DNA from: Octopus vulgaris
Taxonomy: Eukaryota
DNA length: 64,000 nt
Reading direction: 5' to 3'
Assembly (NCBI GenBank): GCA_951406725.2
Contig: OX597818.1
Coordinates: 73,718,001 to 73,782,000, forward strand
Position numbers and translations under genes: made by a program. The notes beneath the pieces are model-generated. The model was not told the DNA's origin. It worked only from the letters and a program-made list of their open reading frames with translations, and searched no databases. Below, in pieces: positions 52,320 through 64,000 of the stretch. The stretch's first letter is position 1. Every line of letters starts with the position of its first letter.

Positions 52320-54979
52320 CACACAACGAAAAGGCTCCCTTGATTGACAGGATATCTACAGAACTGGACCCCTTAGAAAAGCAAAAGTGGGAGGGTGTCA
52401 AGGTAGAAGATATAAGATCTGCTCTCAGGAGGTCAAGCAAATGGAAGTCTCCAGGAAAGGATAAAATCCCTAACTTCTGGCTGAATGTCTTCCCAGAGAG
52501 CCATGAACTGCTAACAGAACTGTACAATGATGTTTTGCAACACTCTAGTAGAATGCCTCCTTGGCTAGTTAATGTATTAACATTCCTGCTTCCAAAAAGT
52601 GAAGAAACAAATGAACCAAAAAAACTATAGACCCATAACCTGCTTAACAACTATGTACAAAACGCTAACATCTGTCCTGACGGAATATACTTATAGCTTT
52701 TTAACAGACAGCAGCATATTCCCTAATGAACAGAAAGGATGTAAACGTGGATCCTACGGCTGTAAAGATCAACTACTCATCAATAAGATGATCTTAGAAG
52801 ATTGTCACAAAAGAAAACAAAAACTTATCAATAGCCTGGATATACTATAAAAAGACTTTTGATAGCCTACCATATATACACAATGAAATGTGTGTATATA
52901 TATATAAACTACAACTGAAAGGCGCCGATTTCCAGAACTCAGAGTTGCTCGTTTCTGATCATAAGTTTAGTTTTCATTTCAATATACATTGTCTGAATAT
53001 TTTTTGAAGTATGAAATGTCTGGAAATGTATAAGATAGCACCTACTCTGCGAAACTTTTTGACTGTAAGTATGAGATCATGGAGAACCACACTAACTCTG
53101 AATCCCTAAATGCTGGTGATGTAAAACTTTCGTGTAGCATTTTCCAGGGTGACTCACTGTCACCACTCCTCTTTTGTTTAGCCTTAATACCTCTCTCAAA
53201 ACTGCTTCATGACGCGCAGTACGGGTATAACATATTTCATAAAAATATAAATCATCTCATTTACATGGATGATTTAAAGCTCTTTGCAAAAAATGACCAA
53301 CAACTCAAGGGCTTACTAGCGATAGTCAAACAATTCAGTGACGACATCAGAATGCAATTCGGCCTCGATAAATGTACAAAAGCTACCTTTATCAAAGGAG
53401 AAGTGACAAAAACTTCTAACGCTAACCTTGACCAGCAGAATGTCATAAAAGAACTAGACCCAGCGGAGAGCTACAAGTACCTAGGGGTAATTGAAGGGAA
53501 CGGGATAAGGCATTCAGAGATGAAGAAAAGGATCAGGAGAGAATGCTATCGAAGAGTAAGAGCAATACTCAAGACAGAGCTGAATGGAAGAAACAGGATC
53601 GAAGCGATCAATGCAATAGCCATACCAGTCGTGACTTACAATTTCAACATCGTTAACAGGTCAATTACTGAAATATGTCAGCTCGACAGAAAAATACGAA
53701 AACTGTTGACAATGCATAGAATGCATCACCCTAAGGCAGATACAGAACGACTTTATCTGCCAAGAAACTGGCAGTAACAATGAAGATTGCTACAATTGGC
53801 CTAGACACTTACCTGAAAAAGTCTGAGGACTGGATGTTAAAACTTGTCTCAATAAATGAAAACAAGAAAACATCATACTCAGTAACAAAACAAACAAAGG
53901 AATATCTAAGTGAATTCCGAATACAACAAAATTTCGGAATTAGATATACAAGAAACAAGCACAGAAAAAGCTAAGCGCATGAAAACCCGTGCTAAAACAG
54001 CTACCTTAGATATTTTGAATGATAAATGGCAAGAAAAACCTCTCAATGGCAAATACCCAAAGAGAGCCAATAATGCAGATGTTGACAAAGCCCTGACCCA
54101 TCAATGGCTAATGGCCTCTGGCTTAAAATCTGAAACAGAAGGGTTTATCATAGCAGCTCAAGATCAATGCCTACTGACAAGGAACTACCAGATCAACATA
54201 TTAAAGAACGGCAGAAGCCCAACATGTCGTGTATGTCAACAACAAAATGAAACCATTGATCATGTTGTCGCCAAGTGCAGTCTTCTTGCGCCTACGGAGT
54301 ATCTCAACAGGCAAGATAGAGCTGCACAATATATTTACTGGGTAATTTGCAAAAACCTGGATTTGCCCCATGAAAAAACTGGTGGGAACACAAACCAGCT
54401 CCAGTGCTTGAAAATGACCACATCTCACTCCTCTCGAACTTCACCATTCAAACTGACAGAAAGATGGATGCAAATAGGCCAGACATCATAGTAAAAGACA
54501 TCAGACAAAAAATCATGCCTCCTCATTGATATGACTGTCCCAATCGATATAAACATATCTGTCAAGACCTACTAGAAACTGAGCAAATATAAAGATCTGG
54601 AAATAGAAATCAGCAAAATGTGGAACCTGAAGACTAAAACAATACCAGTTGTCATAGGTGCCCTGGGAATGATAGCAAAAGGGGCTGATTGCTACCTAAC
54701 TCAGATACCAGGAAATCCAAAAATGGCAGAAATTCAAAAGATAGTGCTCATGGAAACTACTCATATCGTACGCAAAATACTTTCTATGTAATCTCAAGTT
54801 TTAAAGCAAACGAAATTTTCGTATGGCTTTTTAGACATTCACTAGTACAACACTAAGTACAAAACCAAATATATAGCACCCTAGGCATAACACCAACACG
54901 AACTTCCAACTTGTCTCTTGAGGTCTCTCAGTGAGATTTGGAGCAAGCTTGTGCAAATGTAAAGCAAAAGACAAGCATA

Positions 54980-54980
<1 letters not shown>
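52320..54980 (+). mobile_element. 5'-truncated R4/Dong-clade LINE (RT, CCHC, PD-D REL endonuclease), frameshifted
   Basis: YRPITCLTTMYK, EQKGCKRGSYGCKDQLLINK, IFQGDSLSPLLFCL, HLIYMDDLKLF, CRVCQQQNETIDHVVAKC, NRPDII..D, KLSKYKDL. Flanked by (AAT)n on both sides. Confidence 0.96.
52878..53018 (+). repeat. 141-bp copy of 50651-50791 inserted into the Dong RT region
   Basis: Identical to the donor except for one substitution (aatatCcatt vs aatatAcatt). Confidence 0.97.
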
Positions 54981-56710
<1,730 letters not shown>

Positions 56711-57817
56711 CGCATGTATCATACATACATACATATATACATACATACATACACACATTTATACATACATACATACATACATACATACATACATGCATAC
56801 ATACATGCATCCAAATATGCATACATACATACATGCATACATACACACCTGGATAATTGATACAATGATTCTCTTTGTATCTTGAGCGACTAAGTGTGAC
56901 CATACATGCCAGCATCCTATACTGTGATTGTGAACAATAATCTTAAATAGATTATATTATTAAATTAAACAGCCGCTTTGTCGAACCCTATTTGTAACAT
57001 TTTCTCCCACGCATCCTTGAAACAGATTGTGTTACTTAGAAATATATGTGTTATACTCAGTTACACTGTAATTCCGTACGTAAGTAGCTGAGTACTTCGA
57101 ACAACTATAAGAGTTATCATCGACGGAGGACATATTCCATTTTTATGAATTTCAATAGATACATATGGCCGAAAGTGCAGTTTACTTCCGCTTGTTTCCA
57201 TATAGTTGAAATAGATCTGATTCGAGTCTGTTTATAGAACTAAGTAGGTTTCTAGGTTGGAATGAGGATGCTAAGTAGAGTGTGAAAGTGATGATAATAT
57301 GCACAAAGATTGATATTTGATTGGTTGCTGAAGAAAAAAATGTTGATCGATAATCTGAAGTACGAAGGTAATTCGTAATAGTAACATTGAATAGTTGAGG
57401 AAGCAATCAATGGTGTAGACCGCAATTCTTATCAAAAATACCGGCCAATTACATGTGTATATTTAGATATGTGAGGTATATGCATGCAAGTATGTATATA
57501 TGTGTACGTATGCATATGTGTGCATTTACATGTATACATATATATGTACATATTTATATGTAAACACATGCATAAATATATATGTATATACATGTATATC
57601 TATCTATCGATCTCTCTCTGTATGTATATATATATATATATACGTACAAGCATGCATATATTTTCTTCTATCGTTTACGTCTCACCTATTTCAGCTATTG
57701 GACGACACTACCTTCAAGGATTGTAATCAAACATGAATACACTCCATTACTTAGTTTTAAAACGCTGGTATATATTCACTTGGTAACCTTGAGCGGAACT
57801 GCTATGTTACAGTGAGT

Positions 57818-57860
<43 letters not shown>

Positions 57861-57861
<1 letters not shown>

Positions 57862-58564
57862 TAATTAATTAAGGGTTCAGCAACGATTTGCCTCACCACA
57901 TACCGAATTTAGAAATAACAGTCAAAAGGTTTTGGCTATTCTTTCTACTTAAAAGGGCAATCCCAGTAAAACCAAAGCACTTAAAAAACAAACGACGCAG
58001 GCAAAAGAGAAAGAAATGACAGAAATCATTCTATATTAAGTTACCTACGGACGTACGTTTCGGAATCAAGTCATTGTAGAGCATAAAAATTAAATAAGTA
58101 TGTCTTACCTGACTATTTTCCTCCTCAGCGTAGGACTCTTCAATTATAAATAATTGCGTCTCAATTATTAATAATTGTGTATTAAATTTGAAGGCTCTAG
58201 AAGACATCACCTCAACTCATGGTATCAGAACGAGCGTAAGCCTTACCAGTTTCACCGAATTCAAATGGTGAATGAAAGTAAATAACCTCCCCTCTTCCGC
58301 CAGCGTGCTGCCAAAATAAGATGCTAAGTTTTTTTTACTGGGATGAAATACAATTATCAATAATATAGGGTGAAATTAATTAATTTAGAAATAATCATTA
58401 ATTTCACCAAGTAGAGTTCGGCATGTAAAAGACCCATTCAAGGAATGTTTAAGTAATACTAATTAATTAAGAGTCCAGCAACGATTTGCCTCACCACATA
58501 CCGAATTTAGAAATAGCAGTCAAAATGTTTTGGCTAATCTTTCTACTTAAAAGGGCAATCCCAG
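57861..58564 (-). mobile_element. HHR-containing element with a 106-bp terminal direct repeat (57861-57966 / 58459-58564; period 598 bp)
   Basis: ctaattaattaag...cagcaacgatttgcctcaccacataccgaatttagaaata...aaaagggcaatcccag occurs twice. Starts at a (TA)n tract. Confidence 0.85.
58044..58134 (-). ncRNA. Type I hammerhead ribozyme with canonical core and extended stem II; predicted cut after GUC (58050)
   Basis: Reverse complement: cctacg-CTGAGGA-ggaa...agtca...tgact...ttcc-GAA-AC GTAC GT-C-cgtagg. Confidence 0.85.
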
Positions 58565-58584
58565 GAGAGTGTGAGAAAATGCTG

Positions 58585-59105
58585 CTGAGGTGATATTACG
58601 CACGCATATTGGTGTGAAGTTTGAGAGTCTTCACCAGTGGCCACAATGTGGATGACTTAAGACTGCATCACTTACTGCATCAGCTCTAGTCCCTTTGGGA
58701 ATAACGGGAAGTGTTTGTCGGAAGTCCCCTGAAAGAAGAAGTGTTATGCCTCCCATGGGAGCTGAAAAGTGTTTGATGTCTCTGAGAGATCTATCTAGTG
58801 CCTCAAGAGCACGTCTGTGGGCCATCGTGCATTCATCCTAAACGATAAGCTTGCATCATCTGAATACTTCTGCCTGATCGGAGCTGTTACTGATGTTGCA
58901 AGTTGGTGTCTCAGTCTTCGCTAAGTGAAGCGGAAGCTTGAAAGTGGAGTGAGCTGTCCTGCCGCCTGGCAACAAAGTAGCCGCAATTCCAGATGATGCC
59001 ACAGCTAGGGCAATGCCTTGTGTTCGCCTAATCTCAGCCAATATTAATTTGTTGACAAAAGTTTTCTCAGTGCCCCCAGGAGCGTCCAGGAAAAAAATCC
59101 TCCCA
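58585..59105 (-). mobile_element. Helitron Rep/Helicase fragment (PIF1-family helicase), pseudogenised
   Basis: FFLDAPGGTEKTF (Walker A, GK mutated), ALAVASSGIAATLLPGGRTAHSTFKLP, LIV*DECTMAHRRALEALDRSLRDI, PMGGITLLLSGDFRQTLPVIPKGTRAD. Confidence 0.93.
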
Positions 59106-59572
59106 AAGGCATTTTAACAAAAATGCTTCCGTAAAGAGGTGAAAATATTGTCAATTTCCCCAAACAGGGACACAATTGAATTTTGAAGCAATAGCCAAAG
59201 CCCCTTCTCAGAAAAGGGGGAGGGTTACAGTTTACAATTATTTAACAAATGCAACACAACAACGTTTCCCTGGCGAGGAACCAACAAACGTGATTACAAT
59301 AGTCAAACAGTAATAATAATAACAACAAACCTTTTTAATTTATCCCCATTTATGTGAAACCACTTATTCAAGTTCAAGTCATTGATGCAATTTTATACGA
59401 ATTGGTAATACACACACACATAATAAGGGTGAAAAATTGAATATTAATTTGATTAATATGAATTGAAAACCAGTGGTGTAACATATAAGACCATAGCTGA
59501 TCTCCCCCTAGCAAAAAGGATGACCTCTATTAATGGCTCATCCCTGTTACACACGCACACACACACACACAC

Positions 59573-59609
<37 letters not shown>

Positions 59610-59689
59610 TACACACCTTAGCTTACAATTTTCTTTCAACAATTGACACTGCCATATATGTATATGTTTGCGTGTCTATGTGTGTAAAG

Positions 59690-60160
59690 AGGAAGTGGGA
59701 GTAATAGGTGGAGTGAAGCCTTTGAAGTGAGAGAGGGAAATCGTAAAATATTGAGTTTTCTCGAATTTTTGCTTAATTGGGGGTGAAATTGAAAGAAATT
59801 TATATGCCATGACCGAATGGATGTACTTGGAAAAATGATAGGTAAACTCCAATTGAAGAAATTGTGTGAGGAGTAAATCGTTATGTATTTATTTGTTTCT
59901 GTTTGCTCTGCATTTTTTTTTTTGAGATATAAATAATTTCACTTTAATTGTTGCACACTTGCAAAGAGAAAGGAGGAGAAAGTGTAGTGGTAATGGAAGG
60001 AGTGAAGCAGTTTAAATTAGAGAGGGAAATCGTAAAATATTTACTTTCCTCGAATGTTTGCTTAATTGGGGGTCAAATAGAAAAAAACTTTACATGCCAT
60101 GACCCAATGGAATCTACTTGTAAAAATCGTAGGCAAATTCCAATTGAAGAAATTCTATAT
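59690..60160. repeat. Diverged direct repeat, ~180-bp units about 290 bp apart; possibly internal to a Helitron derivative
   Basis: gagagggaaatcgtaaaatatt...tgcttaattgggggt...tgccatgacc...tccaattgaagaaatt occurs twice. Confidence 0.85.
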
Positions 60161-60944
60161 CGTACAATTGTATAAAAAGGAACGGTTTGGGAGGCAGAGA
60201 AAATCTGCCTTTTATCATAAGAGAAATATGTATACACACACATGGATACATATACAAAGATATACTTATACATATTTACATATATACAAATATGCATGTC
60301 TGTGAATGCCTGAGTATGTGTGATATTATTCTATGCATAAATTATATTTACATATATCAAATTATAATTGAGGGTCCCCGTGGGTCACTGAATTAATAAT
60401 CCAATTAAAATGTAAGTGGCTGTGTATCCCCCAGACATATGTTCTCATCACTTAATTCACTAGATTAATGGGTGTAACACAGTGAGCGTGTCTAAACTGT
60501 ATTTTTCTTTAATTACATCTACAATGCACACAATTGTCTCGAATACACACTCCATTTACGCAGTTTCACTCGTAAATGTATTTCTATCATATTATAGAAA
60601 ATAGCATTATGTCCGCCACGCTGTGGATTCTGTCAGCTCACTGTCTTCTTTCTTCGAAAGTTTTGAATATACTTTCATGATATTCAAGGAAAAATAATGA
60701 ATTAGTATAGTGCTTCTATATTCCAGTGCATCAAACAATTATCTTTGAGATTACCCTACGAAATAAAAATGTTTCATTCAGAATATATCTGTATTACAAA
60801 GAGACATCATTGCCTAGAACGTATCCGTACCATATTATAAATAGAGTTTGAAGTTCAATATGGTCAATCAAGTTTAGAATTCTTTGCCCTGCTCTTGCGT
60901 GTACATTTTCGGCGTATTTGTATTGCTGTGGTATCTTTTATTTT

Positions 60945-61145
60945 TCGGTCATTAGATTGCGGCCATGCTGGGTCACAACCATGCGAAAATTTTTCTCAAT
61001 GTAATGAACGCGAATACCAATTTTTCGTTAAGCCTGCTACTTATTTTATCGAGTCTCTTGCCGGACCGCTATGTTACGGGGAAATAAACACACTGAAACT
61101 GGTTGTCATGTGGTTGTGGTAGGACAAACCCAGAAACAAAGACAC
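60945..61145 (-). mobile_element. Decayed 3' half of SINE family A
   Basis: gtcattagattgcggccatgctgg...aagcctgctacttattttatcg...ttgccggaccgcta.gttacgggg. Confidence 0.75.
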
Positions 61146-61816
61146 ACACGCACACACACACATGTATATAAAATATCTATACTTATTATATGTGTAAGTG
61201 GTGCGCAAAGTTAACAAACAGGGTTTTATGGTTTCACGCTCTGAGGATGAAGAATTTGGATAGAAAGTTCGACTTTTACATACTAGAAACGTTTCTTGAA
61301 AATCCTATAAAGCAGAGACGGACCGAACACTTAGTAGAACTGTCAGCATACCTTAAGTGACACAGGAAACAACGTGAGTTCTTCATGAATCTGCTGTCCC
61401 GGAGTAGTACCATAAAACAATGTCCTGTCTGTTGATATACAAACATAAACATCGAGTTTTGAGTCGCACATACGTGTTATTGACGTGTGGTTTAAGGCAT
61501 GCGCATGCTTAAGCACACAAACACACAGTCATACAGTCACACACACATACAATAAGGTATACATATACCTCTACATGTGTGGATAAACACACACACACAT
61601 GTATATGTGTGTGTGTACATGTATGTGTGCGTGTGTTTTTTATGCACATATGATGATTTAAAACCTAACACTAAATCATGCGTAAGTATGGAAACGTTTT
61701 ACAAACGCGAAGTATGAATGCGAAAGCATAGAGTGTGACTTTAACAATGCATCCCTTTCCGCGAAAAATTTAACTCTTTGATGCCAGTAACTCTGTATTA
61801 TTGACACACTCACACA

Positions 61817-61853
<37 letters not shown>

Positions 61854-61955
61854 ACAGACAGACAGTCAGACAGACATACAGACAGACAGACAGACAGACA
61901 GAAAGGCAGAGACGGGGGCAAAAATTTATACAGATAGGTAGATAGGTAGATAAAG

Positions 61956-61988
<33 letters not shown>

Positions 61989-62765
61989 TGTGTGTGTCTG
62001 TATTTGTGTGTATATGTGTGCGTGTCGTCACGCTCCATGCTTTCGTATTCACACTTGGTGTTTGTACAATTTTTCCATAGTTACGCATGGTTTAGTGTAG
62101 TCTTGAATCATGGTATATGTATAAACACGCGCGCGCGTAATTCGTTTATGTTTATGTGCGTGTGCTTTTATTTATAAACAAACTACACTTCTGTGTTTTA
62201 TTGCATATACAAACATAAGTCTACATATTTCATGGAATTTATGTGGGCGTAAGTATTAGTATCTGGCATATCTATAAAACAAAAATATTACAATAGTTTC
62301 CTAAGCTACTGACGAGAAGATATTGCACTGTTTGACAATTTTGTTGTTCAGAATTGCTTTTTCTTGTAAGGATCGTGCAATGATATTTGCTTAAAATATG
62401 ATAAAAAACTAATAAAACAAAATGAGTTTTTAATGCGTTATTTCACTGACATCAAACATATTCTAGCGTGGAATAGGAAACAGTGTTTGTATTTGGAAAG
62501 TAACTTTATTTAATATTTCAAATCTTAGAATGACTCACCATGGGTACATAGTTTGTGATATATATTTTTCTTTATTTGTTTCTAATACTTACTAGTCATT
62601 GCGCAGTCCAAATTGCGCAGTTTAACATACAAACATAGACGATCATATAATATATACATACTGAAAAACCAACATCTATCACATCTATACGCGTGTGTTT
62701 GTTGGTGTGTGTCTATATGTGTATGCATGTGAATATATATATATATATATATATTATTATTATTA

Positions 62766-62820
<55 letters not shown>

Positions 62821-62828
<8 letters not shown>

Positions 62829-63088
62829 GTAAAAAATACAAACTGGAACAAGAACATAAAACATTTAGAAGAAGATACAAAAAACAATACAAAAAATCTA
62901 ATGCTCGTAGCTTAGTTTTTCCTTGGGGCTGGCCGGATCGGAGCGATCTCAATATTAATCAGCCGAAATTGCAACGATGATCCGGTTCTTGACTGAAGAT
63001 TGAAGGCTTCGAATGTCCCGTCCGTTTTTTGTATCTTCTTCTAAATGTTTTACGTTCTTGTCCTAGTTTGTATTTTTTACAAATAATA
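62821..63088. repeat. Foldback element: ~65-bp inverted arms around a ~135-bp core
   Basis: tgtaaaaaatacaaactggaacaagaacataaaacatttagaagaagatacaaaaaac pairs with gttttttgtatcttcttctaaatgttttacgttcttgtcctagtttgtattttttaca. Confidence 0.92.
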
Positions 63089-64000
63089 AGATATATAGCG
63101 ACGCCCGTACCCTCTTTGGCCTTGTATGTAAGTACATATTCCTGTAAATTTGGTACGACTCTATAACACTGTCTCTCTCTCCTACATTTCTCTGCCTTTC
63201 ACACTTTGTGTGTATATGTGTGCGTGCCGGTCTCTCTCTTCTCCCCCTTGGTGCCTTCGTCCCTCTTTGATATCTCTCTCTCTCTCTCTCTCTCTCTACT
63301 TCTCATCCTCCTTTTCTCTTTTCTTGCCATGATTCTTTGGTCTCCTCTTCCCCCACTCTCTCACATTTCTCTGTCTTTCTCACTTTGCACCTCACTGATT
63401 CTGTCGCTAAGCCAATCCTTGGCACGCTCTCTTTCTTCTCCTCTCTTTAATTCCTTCTTTCTCTCTCTTCTCCCCCTTGGTGCCTTCGTCCCTCTTTTTC
63501 TCTCTCTCTCTTGATTCCTTTGCCCCTCACCCTTTTTTTCTCTCTCTCTTCTCTCATGTGACCGCTGGTCAACCAGCCTTTCGGTTTCTAACCAGCGCCA
63601 TGAGAACATCGTTGTCTTCATCTGCCGAAAAAGGCATTTTTTCCAAATACGCCACTAAAACTAGTTGTACTGTCTATAGTCGTAAGACACCCGCTGTTTT
63701 TGTCCTGTTATTACTATTATTGTTTTTTGTATTTATATTCGTGTGGCATCGTCCGTTTTTCTGTCCTTGTTTCGTATACATTCGATCCTTTTTCCAAGAA
63801 ATCTAACACTTGTGTGTATAAACATATATTACCCTCTTATCCTATCACTGTTACATTAATGAGGAAGAATAAATTAGAACTTTCTTATCACTACCACTAC
63901 ATCTGTAAAGGTAGTAATATAATTTCATGTAGTATTTAATGGGATGTATGGTATTGACGAAAAGCAATTGCTTCGAACTTGCTGCCAAATGTGAATAAAT

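Noticed and set aside
57355-57385. CTGAAGT-acgaa ggtaa ttcgt hairpin
   Set aside because: Both core segments are mutated; indistinguishable from chance.
61241-61295. CTGAGGA...GAAACGTT
   Set aside because: Stems I and II do not pair.
62310-62395. CTGACGA followed by a long hairpin
   Set aside because: No GAAA or stem III; at most an unrecognisable remnant.
62990-63023. CTGAAGA...GAAT as a hammerhead
   Set aside because: No GAAA and no pairing stem I or III.

Overview
AT-rich, microsatellite-saturated eukaryotic DNA. The SINE and repeat families suggest a cephalopod (Octopus-like) genome; this is inferred, not proven. No intact host protein-coding gene is recognisable, and most of the ORF track is microsatellite noise. 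Confident content: two decayed R4/Dong-clade REL-endonuclease LINEs beside (TAA)n tracts (1-4410 minus, 52320-54980 plus), an RTE-clade LINE remnant, two decayed mariner elements plus a mariner MITE, a Helitron PIF1-helicase fragment, two tRNA-derived SINE families, and a ~540-bp non-coding element tandemly inserted in (TAA)n. The main unannotated signal is a dense set of minimal type I hammerhead ribozyme (HHR) motifs of the Penelope/retrozyme kind. Five look near-complete and several are decayed; three carry the U3:A8 core covariation. They sit in short non-coding elements that often occur as inverted (foldback) pairs inside (TA)n tracts. Also seen: a 141-bp templated insertion inside a LINE, a tandem duplication with a distant inverted partial copy, and a speculative, highly decayed ionotropic-glutamate-receptor-like pseudogene on the minus strand. 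All folds and alignments were done by eye.
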